50,297 nucleotides of DNA, from assembly GCA_913065025.1 (NCBI GenBank), contig CAJYAP010000005.1, forward strand, positions 1 through 50,297, in the 5' to 3' direction. The notes under the pieces were generated by a model that saw nothing but the letters and a program-made list of their open reading frames with translations, had not been told where the DNA came from and ran no database searches. Each line of letters starts with the position of its first letter. Position 1 is the first letter of the stretch. Source of the DNA: an uncultured Gammaproteobacteria bacterium (GTDB lineage: Bacteria > Pseudomonadota > Gammaproteobacteria > Poriferisulfidales > GCA-002705445). Positions 9,959-19,145 of the stretch are shown here, in pieces. The translations under genes and the position numbers were made by a program.

Positions 9959-11197
9959 ATGCCTGGCCAAAAACTATCATTCCCTGGAAGAAATTATTTA
10001 TTTGCTCCTGGACCAACACATATTCCAACAGTAGTACAGAATGCTATGAACGTACCTATGGAGGATCACAGAGCTCCTGATTTCCCAGAGCTTGTAAAAC
10101 CAATTTTAAGAGATTTAAAGAAAGTATTTTTAACAAAAACTGGGACTCCATTTATTTTTCCAGCTACTGGAACAGCAGGATGGGAAGTTGCTTTAGCGAA
10201 TACACTTTCACCAGGCGATAAAATCCTAACTTCAAGATTTGGTCAATTTAGCCACCTTTGGTATGACTTAGCAAAAAGAATTGGGCTAGAAGTGGAGTTA
10301 ATTGATACAAAATGGGGAAATGGTATTGAAATAGAGAAATTTAAAAAAGCTTTAGCAAATGACAAAGATAAGAAAATAAAAGCTGTTGTTGTTTGTCATA
10401 ATGAAACTGCGACTGGAGTCACAAGTGATATTGCAGGATTAAGAAAAGCTATGGACCAAGTTAAACACCCTGCTCTTTTGATGGTTGATGGTGTAAGTTC
10501 TATTGCAAGTGTTGAATTTAGATTTGATAAATGGAAAATAGATATAGCGGTTAGTGGATCTCAAAAAGGGTTTATGCTTCCAGCTGGTTTAGCTATTCTA
10601 TGCTTTAGTAAAAAAGCATTAGCTATGCGAAAAACAGCAAAATGCAAAAGATGTTTCCTTGATATACAAGATCATATAAATACAAATAAAGACGGATTCT
10701 TTCCTTATACTCCACCTGTCAATCTTCTCAGAGGCTTGAGAGTTGCTATTGACCTTTTATTAGAAGAAGGAATGGAAAATGTGTTTGCTCGTCATAAAAG
10801 ATTGGCTAGTGGTGTAAGAGCAGCAATCAGAGCTTGGGGTTTAAAATTAGCAGCCTCATCTCCAAAATGGCAATCGGATACAGTTAGTGCGATATGGTTA
10901 GAACCAGGTTCAAAGAATAACCCAGATGGTAAAAAAGCTATGGAAGTAATTAGCATAGCTTACCATACATACAATATTTCACTCGGCGCTGGACTTACAC
11001 AGGTTGCTGGAAAAGTTTTTAGAATTGGTCACCTTGGTGATAACAACGAAGCAAGAATGATGGCTGCACTTGGTGCTGTTGAAATGGCTATGATTGATGC
11101 TGGAATTAAATTTACACCAGGAAGTGGAACTGGTGCAGCTGCTAAATATTGGACAAGTAATCCGAATAAAGCTTTAAAGAAAAAGAAGAAAAAATAA
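9959..11197 (+). CDS. sgaA: Serine--glyoxylate aminotransferase (class V PLP enzyme)
   Basis: GRNYLFAPGPT, EDHRAPDF, VCHNETATGVTSD, DGVSSIAS, SGSQKG (PLP lysine), FPYTPP and FRIGHLGD motifs; serine-cycle gene context. Confidence 0.92.
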   Translation: MPGQKLSFPGRNYLFAPGPTHIPTVVQNAMNVPMEDHRAPDFPELVKPILRDLKKVFLTKTGTPFIFPATGTAGWEVALANTLSPGDKILTSRFGQFSHLWYDLAKRIGLEVELIDTKWGNGIEIEKFKKALANDKDKKIKAVVVCHNETATGVTSDIAGLRKAMDQVKHPALLMVDGVSSIASVEFRFDKWKIDIAVSGSQKGFMLPAGLAILCFSKKALAMRKTAKCKRCFLDIQDHINTNKDGFFPYTPPVNLLRGLRVAIDLLLEEGMENVFARHKRLASGVRAAIRAWGLKLAASSPKWQSDTVSAIWLEPGSKNNPDGKKAMEVISIAYHTYNISLGAGLTQVAGKVFRIGHLGDNNEARMMAALGAVEMAMIDAGIKFTPGSGTGAAAKYWTSNPNKALKKKKKK

Positions 11198-11218
11198 CAA
11201 TATAAAAAGGATAATTAT

Positions 11219-12166
11219 ATGAGTCATAAAATATACGAACAAACTTCTAGAAGAGTGCAAAGAAGTGAGCTGGCTGTGCCTGGATCTAATCCAAAGATGT
11301 TTGAAAAAGCATTAAACAGCGACGTTGATTTTGTCTTTTTAGATTTAGAAGATGCTGTAGCTCCTGATGATAAAGTAACAGCAAGAAAAAATGTCATAGA
11401 AGCTCTTCAAGATTTAGATTGGCAAGGTAATGGCAAGACAATTTCTGTTCGAATTAATAGTATTGATACACACTATATGTATCGTGACGTAGTTGAAGTG
11501 GTAGAGCAAGCCGGTGAACACTTAGATACTATCTTACTTCCTAAAGCTGGTACAGCCTCTGATATCTACATGTTGTCAGCATTACTCAATCAAATTGAAA
11601 CTTCTAAAGGTCTTAAAAAGCGTATTGGTATTGAAATTTTAATTGAAACTACTTTAGGTATGGCGAATGTAATGGATATAGCTAAATCTGGTCGCGATGA
11701 AAGACTGGAAGCAATGCATTTTGGTGTTGCTGACTACGCTGCAAGTTGTAGGGCACGTACAACAGTTATTGGTGGTTTAAATCCAGATTATCCTGGCGAT
11801 CAATGGCATGCTGATTTGTCACAAATGTTAGTAGCATGCAGAGCATACGGTTTAAGAGCAATAGATGGTCCATTTGGGGATTTTAAAGACCCATCAAGTT
11901 ATACTTTAGCTGCAAAAAGAGCTGCTGCTCTTGGGTATGAAGGAAAATGGGCTATTCACCCTTCGCAAATCGAGCTAGCAAACGAAGTATTTACACCTCC
12001 ACCAGCAGAAGTTGATAAAGCAAAAAGAATTTTAATAGCTTTAGATGAAGCTGCAAAAGCAGGTCAAGGGGCCGCATCATTAGATGGTAGATTAATTGAT
12101 GCTGCATCAGCAAAAATGGCAGAAAACATTGTTGAAACTGACAAAGCTATAAATTCAAAAAAGTAA
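11219..12166 (+). CDS. mcl: Malyl-CoA lyase (HpcH/HpaI aldolase/citrate lyase family)
   Basis: RSELAVPGSN, FLDLEDAVAP, DTHYMYRDV, HFGVADYAAS, DQWH, DGPFGDF and GKWAIHPSQ motifs. Confidence 0.9.
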   Translation: MSHKIYEQTSRRVQRSELAVPGSNPKMFEKALNSDVDFVFLDLEDAVAPDDKVTARKNVIEALQDLDWQGNGKTISVRINSIDTHYMYRDVVEVVEQAGEHLDTILLPKAGTASDIYMLSALLNQIETSKGLKKRIGIEILIETTLGMANVMDIAKSGRDERLEAMHFGVADYAASCRARTTVIGGLNPDYPGDQWHADLSQMLVACRAYGLRAIDGPFGDFKDPSSYTLAAKRAAALGYEGKWAIHPSQIELANEVFTPPPAEVDKAKRILIALDEAAKAGQGAASLDGRLIDAASAKMAENIVETDKAINSKK

Positions 12167-12192
12167 ATTAATAATAAAAAGGGGAATGTATT

Positions 12193-13356
12193 TTGGACAT
12201 ACATGAATATCAGGCAAAAAAAATATTATCATCCTACGGTGTACAAATTTTAGATGGAGAACTTGCACTTAACGCTTCAGAAGCTGTAGCGGCATTTAAC
12301 AAATTAGATTCAGATATATGTGTTGTAAAAGCACAAGTTCATTCTGGTGCTAGAGGTAAAGCTGGCGGGATAGTACTGTGTAAAACTGAAGAAGAAGTTA
12401 AAATTGCATCAAACAAACTTTTTGGTACCCACCTAAAAACTATACAAACTGGTGATGAAGGTAAGATAATTGAGAGACTATATATAGAATCCGGTTGTGA
12501 TATTGATAGAGAGATATACTTAGCTTTTGTAATGGATAGAGCTTCACAAAGAATTGTTATAGTAGCTTCTGCGGAAGGTGGGATGTCTATAGAAGAACTT
12601 GCTATTGAAAAACCTGACTCAATCAAAAAAATAGAAATAGACCCAGTAGTTGGACTTACAGGATTCCAAGCTAGAGAATTAAGCTTTGCCTTAAATCTGC
12701 CTAAAGAAGCTCTTGGGAAAGCCGTAAAATTATTTATGGGTTGCTATAAAGCAATGACTAATTTAGATATGAATATGTTAGAAATAAATCCATTAGTGTT
12801 AACAAAGGACAATGATTTAATAGCATTAGATGCAAAAATTAGTTTTGATGATAATGCTATGTTTAAGCACCCAGATATTGATGCACTAAATGATAATGCT
12901 CAAAAAGATCCAAGAGAGGTTGCAGCAAAAGAACATGATTTAAGTTATGTCGGTTTAGACGGCGATATTGGTTGTATTATAAATGGTGCTGGTTTAGCTA
13001 TGGCCTCCATGGATATGATTAAATATTGCGGGGGAGAGCCTGCAAACTTTTTAGACATTGGTGGCGGAGCTTCACCAGAAAGAGTTGGGAAAGCTTTTGA
13101 ACTTGTTTTAGCTGACAAAAAAGTAAAAGCAATGCTTGTTAATGTTTATGCTGGTATTAATAGATGTGATTGGATAGCTGAAGGATTGGTTCAAGTAATT
13201 CCAAAAGTAAATTTACAAATTCCTTTAATAGTTAGGCTATCTGGAACAAATGTGGAAGAAGGTATTAAGATAGTAAAAGATAGCGGACTTCCAATTATTT
13301 TAGCTGACACTTTAAAAGATGCAGCTCAAAAAGCAGTTGATGCTGCCAAACAATAA
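12193..13356 (+). CDS. mtkA: Malate--CoA ligase (malate thiokinase) beta subunit
   Basis: SucC-like fold with MtkA-type MDIHEYQAK and AGINRCDW (SucC typically has GGIVRCD); TTG start after a GGGG RBS; directly after mcl. Confidence 0.87.
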   Translation: MDIHEYQAKKILSSYGVQILDGELALNASEAVAAFNKLDSDICVVKAQVHSGARGKAGGIVLCKTEEEVKIASNKLFGTHLKTIQTGDEGKIIERLYIESGCDIDREIYLAFVMDRASQRIVIVASAEGGMSIEELAIEKPDSIKKIEIDPVVGLTGFQARELSFALNLPKEALGKAVKLFMGCYKAMTNLDMNMLEINPLVLTKDNDLIALDAKISFDDNAMFKHPDIDALNDNAQKDPREVAAKEHDLSYVGLDGDIGCIINGAGLAMASMDMIKYCGGEPANFLDIGGGASPERVGKAFELVLADKKVKAMLVNVYAGINRCDWIAEGLVQVIPKVNLQIPLIVRLSGTNVEEGIKIVKDSGLPIILADTLKDAAQKAVDAAKQ

Positions 13357-13370
13357 TAAAGGGGTAAATA

Positions 13371-14261
13371 ATGTCAGTTTTATTAAATAAAAATACAAAA
13401 GTTTTAGTTCAAGGAATTACAGGGAGAATCGGTAATTTCCATGCTGAAGAAATGATTGCATATGGCACAAATGTAGTAGCTGGTGTAACACCAGGAAAAG
13501 GTGGTTTAACTCATCTCGGAAAACCTGTTTTTAATACGGTAAAAGAGGCTGTTGAAGAAACTGGAGCAGAAGCAACGATAGTTTTTGTTCCCGCTGCCGC
13601 TGCCGCTGATGGTATTATGGAAGCTGCAGATGCTGGAATTAAATATGCTGTCTCAATTACAGATGGAATACCTGCTCACGACATGATAAGAGTCAAAAGG
13701 TATATGCTTAGATATAAAAAAGATGAAAGAATGATTTTAACAGGACCAAATTGCGCAGGAACTATTACGCCTGGTGAAGCCATGATTGGAATAATGCCTG
13801 GTCATATATATATGCCTGGTGAAGTTGGTGTTATTGGAAGATCTGGAACTCTCGGTTACGAAGCAGCCTCTCAGATGAAGGCGGAAGGAATTGGTATTTC
13901 AACTAGTGTTGGTATCGGGGGCGATCCAATAAACGGTAGCTCGCATAAAGATATTCTAGAGTTATTTAATGAGGATGATAAAACAAAAGCAGTTATGATA
14001 ATCGGTGAAATTGGCGGACCACAAGAAGCAGAAGCCGCAGAATATATTCAAAGAAATATGAAAAAACCAGTTGCAGCATATATTGCCGGGCTAACTGCTC
14101 CAAAAGGAAGAAGAATGGGTCATGCTGGAGCTATTGTTTCAGGTAAAGGTGAAAGTGCAGCAGAGAAAGTTGAACTTCTTAAAGAAGCCGGAATTCATAT
14201 AATTCCTAACCCTTCTGAAATGGGAAGTACAATGAAAGAAGTTATGGATAAACATTTATAA
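13371..14261 (+). CDS. mtkB: Malate--CoA ligase alpha subunit
   Basis: SucD-like with MtkB-type TDGIPAHDM, GPNCAG and GIMPGHIY; MGHAGA phospho-His motif. Confidence 0.87.
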   Translation: MSVLLNKNTKVLVQGITGRIGNFHAEEMIAYGTNVVAGVTPGKGGLTHLGKPVFNTVKEAVEETGAEATIVFVPAAAAADGIMEAADAGIKYAVSITDGIPAHDMIRVKRYMLRYKKDERMILTGPNCAGTITPGEAMIGIMPGHIYMPGEVGVIGRSGTLGYEAASQMKAEGIGISTSVGIGGDPINGSSHKDILELFNEDDKTKAVMIIGEIGGPQEAEAAEYIQRNMKKPVAAYIAGLTAPKGRRMGHAGAIVSGKGESAAEKVELLKEAGIHIIPNPSEMGSTMKEVMDKHL

Positions 14262-14279
14262 ATTTAAACGGGGAAAGAG

Positions 14280-15251
14280 ATGAGTAAACCTACAGTATTA
14301 GTTACAAGAAAATGGCCTTCTGAAGTAGAAGAAGAATTAAAATCAAAATATGATGTAACACTTAATGAGAAGGACGTGCCTATGAGCATTCCTGAACTTC
14401 AAGCAGCGTTTCAAAATTATGATTGCGTTTGCCCAACTGTTACAGACCCTATTAATGCAGAAGTACTTTCTGTAGAAAATAAAAAAGCTAAAATAATAGC
14501 GAGTTTTGGCGTTGGATTTAACCATATAGATCTTGATGCAGCAAAAAAAGAAAATTTAGTTGTTACAAATACACCTGAAGTTCTTACAGACTGTACAGCA
14601 GATATAGCAATGACTTTGCTGCTAAGTGCCGCAAGAAGGACTAGTGAAGGAGAAAGAGAATTAAGAGCTGGCAAATGGGCTGGATGGAGACCAACGCATC
14701 TAAGAGGTACACAAGTAACAGGCAAAACTTTGGGTTGCATTGGTTTTGGAAGAATAGCTCAAGCTACAGCTGATAGAGCTCATTTTGGATTTGGAATGAA
14801 AATTATATTTTCGGATCCATATATGCCATCAGACGAAGTTATTAAAAAATATGATGCTACACCATGCTCAAGTGTTGAAGAGGTTTTAGAAAAAGCAGAT
14901 TTTGTTTCTATTCACTGCCCAGGCGGAGAAAGTACTTATCATCTAATGAATAAAGAAAGAATTGGTATGATGAAAAAAGGCGCTTATCTAATAAACTCAG
15001 CTAGAGGTGATGTTATTGATAACGACGCTTTAATAGAGGCATTAAAAAATAAAACAATCGCTGGGGCAGGATTAGATGTGTTTGAAGGTGAGCCGAAGTT
15101 AAATCCAGGATTCTTAGATTGCGAAAATGCTGTACTGCTTCCTCATTTAGGTAGTGCCTCAACTGAAACAAGAATAGCAATGGGCATGAGAGTACTTGAA
15201 AATATGGAGGCTTACTATAGTGATAAAGAGCCCGGAGATAGGGTAGCTTAA
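14280..15251 (+). CDS. D-glycerate dehydrogenase / hydroxypyruvate reductase (D-2-hydroxyacid dehydrogenase family)
   Basis: FGVGFNHID, TNTPEVLTDCTAD, GFGRIA, INSARG, GLDVFEGEP and LPHLGSA motifs; last gene of the serine-cycle cluster. Confidence 0.88.
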   Translation: MSKPTVLVTRKWPSEVEEELKSKYDVTLNEKDVPMSIPELQAAFQNYDCVCPTVTDPINAEVLSVENKKAKIIASFGVGFNHIDLDAAKKENLVVTNTPEVLTDCTADIAMTLLLSAARRTSEGERELRAGKWAGWRPTHLRGTQVTGKTLGCIGFGRIAQATADRAHFGFGMKIIFSDPYMPSDEVIKKYDATPCSSVEEVLEKADFVSIHCPGGESTYHLMNKERIGMMKKGAYLINSARGDVIDNDALIEALKNKTIAGAGLDVFEGEPKLNPGFLDCENAVLLPHLGSASTETRIAMGMRVLENMEAYYSDKEPGDRVA

Positions 15252-15274
15252 ATAAATCATGACGTTATAAAATT

Positions 15275-15301
15275 AAAAGCTAGTTATTACTAGCTTTTTT
15301 T
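15275..15301. terminator. Intrinsic terminator, probably bidirectional
   Basis: AAAAGCTAGT-TATT-ACTAGCTTTT hairpin ending in a T7 run, between convergent genes. Confidence 0.8.
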
Positions 15302-15313
15302 GTATACAATAAT

Positions 15314-15982
15314 TTACTCTCTTATAGAAATCTCTTTTTCAATTTTAGAAAGCACTGCTTTAATATCAGAAATCTCTGTAAGAGTTTCCATATCTTTTTT
15401 TACAAGATTTATATTAACTTGAGCTAATTTCAACTCTTTATTATATTTTCCTATGCTAGTAGTATCATTTTTCTTATCTTTAACTAATCTAGAATAAAAC
15501 TTTTTACTTTCTTCTGTTTCATGAAAAGCACTCATCATAGCTAAATATGCTGAGCCTAGGCGAAAATCATAAGCTTTATAATCTCTTAAATTTTTTACTA
15601 GCGGCCTATTATCTTTTATTATATTCATAAAAGTATCTTTAAAACTTAGTAATGTATTTTCTATTTCTATATTTACTTTGTAATCTTGAATAATTTCATC
15701 TATAACATTCGTTATCTGAATTCTCACATCATCATATTCAAGTAGAGCTACTAATAACTTTTTTTCTAAATTTTTTTTAGAATCTATTTCTTTTATACCA
15801 TCTTCATCAAGATAATTTTTAAGAGAAATTCTTGTTTTTTGCAAATCTTTTATATTCATACTCTCTAAATTATATGAATATTTTGAAATATAATTAGAAT
15901 CAATTATAGGATGAGGCTCATCTGTTGCAGAATAAGAATTTATAGATAGCAATAGCATTGTAGTTAATATTAAATATTTCAT
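15314..15982 (-). CDS. Hypothetical exported alpha-helical protein
   Basis: 222-aa ORF with a Sec-type signal peptide (MKYLILTTMLLLSINSYS/A) and AGGA RBS; 13 bp downstream of the ALDH gene; family not recognised. Confidence 0.75.
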   Translation of the reverse strand: MKYLILTTMLLLSINSYSATDEPHPIIDSNYISKYSYNLESMNIKDLQKTRISLKNYLDEDGIKEIDSKKNLEKKLLVALLEYDDVRIQITNVIDEIIQDYKVNIEIENTLLSFKDTFMNIIKDNRPLVKNLRDYKAYDFRLGSAYLAMMSAFHETEESKKFYSRLVKDKKNDTTSIGKYNKELKLAQVNINLVKKDMETLTEISDIKAVLSKIEKEISIRE

Positions 15983-15995
15983 AGATTCCTAAAAA

Positions 15996-17444
15996 TTATA
16001 AAGTTATATTGTTTGAATTTATTATGATAAGTTTATCATATAATAAATCAGAAAATGAGTATTCTATTCCACCTACAGCTTCCCCTGAATGCTTTATACC
16101 ACCAAATGGCATCCAGTCTACTCTAAATGCAGTTTGTTCATTTATAAATACACTTTTAGCATCAAGATTTTCATAGCATAATATTGCTGTATCAATGTTT
16201 TTTGTGTACACGGATGACTGGAATGCAAACTTATCATGGTTTGCTTTCTGTATAGCTTCATCTATTGTGTTGAAGCTATATAGACATAGAACTGGACCAA
16301 AAATTTCGTGGCTGCTTACTGTAGAGTTTTCTTTTGGATTTTTTAAAACTGTGCATTCATAAGTTGTTTCATTTTTAGCAAACCCACCACATATTAATTC
16401 AGCACCTTCGCTTATTGATTTTTTTATAACTTTATCTATTCTTTTAACTTCAGAAGGTCTAATTAATGGCCCAACATCTGTTGTTATTTTTCTTGGATCT
16501 CCAACTTTTATTTTTAAGATTGCCTTTTTTATAAGTTCTGTGAATTGATCAATCAAATCTTCGTGAATAATAACTTTTTGAATTGATACGCACACTTGCC
16601 CTGCATGATAGAAAGCGCCTCTTAGTATAGACGGTAATATTTTTTGTATGTCAGCATCTTTATCTATTATTACAGAACCAACACCTCCATGTTCCATTGC
16701 GCATTTTGCACCTGGTGGCATCATAGTCTTTAATTTCCATCCAACATCAGAGCTACCGATAAAAGATAGAAAAGATATTCTTGGGTCTTTAACAAATTTT
16801 TGTGTAATGATGTGATTTTTAATATTGATCATCTGACAAAATTCTTTTGGTAACCCTGATTCTAATAATAACTTTATAAACTCATAACACGAAACTGGAG
16901 TTTCTAATGAAGGCTTAATAATAATTGGACATCCAGCTGCTATAGCTGGTCCTATCTGATGAATAACTAAATTCAATGGATGGTTAAACGCACTGATAGC
17001 TAGTACTGGCCCGACTGGAAATTTTCTTGTAAATGCTATTTTATTAACTGAAGCTTTATTAATATTCATAGGTATTTCAGTTCCATGAGATTTCTTTAAA
17101 GCTTCTGCACACAGTTCTAAACCGTTTACTGCTCTTTCAACTTCAATTTTTGAATCTTTTAAGGGCTTACCGCCCTCAAGTGCAATTATATTAGTAAATT
17201 TTCTTGAATTTTTTAAAAGCTTATTTCTACAGTTTTTTAAAATCTCTAATCTTTTGATCTTACTTAAATACTTTTTATTATTTTTAAAAGCGTTTGATGA
17301 AACATCAAGAATTTGATCTACTTCTTTTTTAGAAATACATTCTACCTTCCCTATTTTTTTTAAATCCCATGGCGAGTATAAATCAACATATGTTGGGTCT
17401 TTTATTTTTATAGGCGTGATATTTTTGATATTTCTAACCGTCAT
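15996..17444 (-). CDS. Aldehyde dehydrogenase (ALDH21/RL0313-like; candidate succinate-semialdehyde dehydrogenase)
   Basis: SAFNHPLNL, FIGS, MEHGG (catalytic Glu), GQVCVS (catalytic Cys), EIFGPV, FRVDWMPFGG.K.SG. Confidence 0.9.
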   Translation of the reverse strand: MTVRNIKNITPIKIKDPTYVDLYSPWDLKKIGKVECISKKEVDQILDVSSNAFKNNKKYLSKIKRLEILKNCRNKLLKNSRKFTNIIALEGGKPLKDSKIEVERAVNGLELCAEALKKSHGTEIPMNINKASVNKIAFTRKFPVGPVLAISAFNHPLNLVIHQIGPAIAAGCPIIIKPSLETPVSCYEFIKLLLESGLPKEFCQMINIKNHIITQKFVKDPRISFLSFIGSSDVGWKLKTMMPPGAKCAMEHGGVGSVIIDKDADIQKILPSILRGAFYHAGQVCVSIQKVIIHEDLIDQFTELIKKAILKIKVGDPRKITTDVGPLIRPSEVKRIDKVIKKSISEGAELICGGFAKNETTYECTVLKNPKENSTVSSHEIFGPVLCLYSFNTIDEAIQKANHDKFAFQSSVYTKNIDTAILCYENLDAKSVFINEQTAFRVDWMPFGGIKHSGEAVGGIEYSFSDLLYDKLIIINSNNITL

Positions 17445-19098
17445 ATGTTTTCTCTAGTGAGCCTAAAAAATCAGTCAATTTTTCATTTTCTGAATAATCT
17501 ATTGGTATTACGAATAAAGTTGGGCCTTTAAGACCTTCGGTCTCATTTAGCCTTTTTGTTATTTTTGAGCTGTCATTCTCGTATATGTAATTCCAATTAA
17601 ATGATTGAGCTAATTGCTCCCATTGAGGATTATCAAAATCAAGGTCTGTTGATTTTCCAAATTCTGCTTGCTGCTTCCATTTTATTAAACCGTAAGATTT
17701 ATCCTCCCAAATTATTGCCACAAAATCAGACCTCATTCTCTTTGCTGTTTCCATCTCCTGAAGATTCATTAAAAAACCAGCATCACCACATATAGCGAAT
17801 ATTTTTTTCTTATTATTTGATAGTGACGCTGCTATTGCCGCTGGTAATGCATATCCCATTGAGCAAAATCCATTTGGTATTATGCAAGTGTTTGGTTCGT
17901 AACATGGGTAGTGTCTTGCAATCCACATTTTGTGTGCCCCAACATCAGATATTAATATATCGTTCTTACTTAAAAAATTTCTCAAATCATAAAGAAACTT
18001 CTGGGGTTTTATCAGGCCTTTTTGCTTATCATCTTTATACTTTTCATTATCAACTTTCAGCTCATTTCTTAATTTTTTTACATTTTGTAAAGCGTATGGC
18101 TTAATTCCTTCTCTATCTATTATTTTATTTAATACAGATAAGGAATGGGCTAGATCTCCAACCACTTCTACCTGAGGTATATAATGTTCGTCAATTTCAG
18201 CGGCTTCAAAATCTATATGTATAATTTTTGACTTTGAATTTCTGTTCCAAAGTTTAGGATGGTATTCAACCATGTCGTATCCAAGTGTAATAACTAAATC
18301 AGAATCTTTAATTGCTATATCTCCAAAATCAATAGCTCCCAAACCTACTGTTGAAAGATAATATTCAGAGTTGCAGTCTACTGCTCCTTTACCCATAAAT
18401 GTTGTAACAACAGGAATATTGGTCCTTTCACAAAAGTCTCTGAGTTGACGTGATGATCTTTTCCTTATTGCTCCATTTCCAGCAATAAGTATTGGTGACT
18501 TTGCCTCAATCATTAGTTTGAAGGCTTTATATATAATATCATCTTCAGCTATTGATCTTCTGTAGGGAAAGGATTTCAGTGGTTTGGCGTTCACATCTAA
18601 CTTTGATATATCTTCTGGTAACTCTATATGAACAGCACCTGGTTTTTCTAACGTTGCGAGTCTTACAGCTTTTCTTACAATCTCGGGAATTGTTTTTGGA
18701 TTTCTAATAGATGTTGTCCACTTAGTAACAGACTTAAACATATTGCACACATCCAATATTTGATGTGACTCCTTATGAAGTCTATCTGATGAACCTTGTC
18801 CTGTAATGACAAGTATCGGGGAATGGTCCATATTTGCATCAGCTACGCCTGTAAGTAAATTAGTCGCTCCCGGCCCGAGTGTGCTTAAACAGCAAGAAAG
18901 TTTACCAGTTAACTTTCCATATGATTCTGCCATAAAAGCTGCTCCCTGCTCATGCCTTGTCAAAATAAATTTTATCTTCTTAGACTCGTGAAGAGACATT
19001 AAAAAATCAGCATTTTCCTCTCCAGGAACGCCAAAAATATACTCAATACCTTCATTTTCAAGGCACTTTACAAATAAATCAGAAGTCTTCATATTCAT
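17434..19098 (-). CDS. ThDP-dependent enzyme, acetolactate-synthase-large-subunit-like (candidate 2-oxoglutarate decarboxylase)
   Basis: FGVPGEEN, RHEQGAAFMA, TLGPGATN, ESHQ, DVGAHKMW.AR and GDAGF ThDP-binding motif; no regulatory small subunit nearby. Confidence 0.88.
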   Translation of the reverse strand: MNMKTSDLFVKCLENEGIEYIFGVPGEENADFLMSLHESKKIKFILTRHEQGAAFMAESYGKLTGKLSCCLSTLGPGATNLLTGVADANMDHSPILVITGQGSSDRLHKESHQILDVCNMFKSVTKWTTSIRNPKTIPEIVRKAVRLATLEKPGAVHIELPEDISKLDVNAKPLKSFPYRRSIAEDDIIYKAFKLMIEAKSPILIAGNGAIRKRSSRQLRDFCERTNIPVVTTFMGKGAVDCNSEYYLSTVGLGAIDFGDIAIKDSDLVITLGYDMVEYHPKLWNRNSKSKIIHIDFEAAEIDEHYIPQVEVVGDLAHSLSVLNKIIDREGIKPYALQNVKKLRNELKVDNEKYKDDKQKGLIKPQKFLYDLRNFLSKNDILISDVGAHKMWIARHYPCYEPNTCIIPNGFCSMGYALPAAIAASLSNNKKKIFAICGDAGFLMNLQEMETAKRMRSDFVAIIWEDKSYGLIKWKQQAEFGKSTDLDFDNPQWEQLAQSFNWNYIYENDSSKITKRLNETEGLKGPTLFVIPIDYSENEKLTDFLGSLEKTYDG

Positions 19099-19145
19099 CC
19101 ATAATACATAAGATATAACTATAGTATAATGAAATTATGATTAAT

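Noticed and set aside
12193-14261. Succinyl-CoA synthetase sucCD
   Set aside because: Mtk-type motifs (AGINRCDW, TDGIP, GPNCAG) and the position between mcl and hpr, with no sucAB, favour malate thiokinase.
17434-19098. Biosynthetic acetohydroxyacid synthase ilvB/ilvI
   Set aside because: No small subunit or ilvC nearby, lacks the IlvI-type GQHQMW/AFQE motifs, and is coupled to an ALDH; gene symbol withheld.
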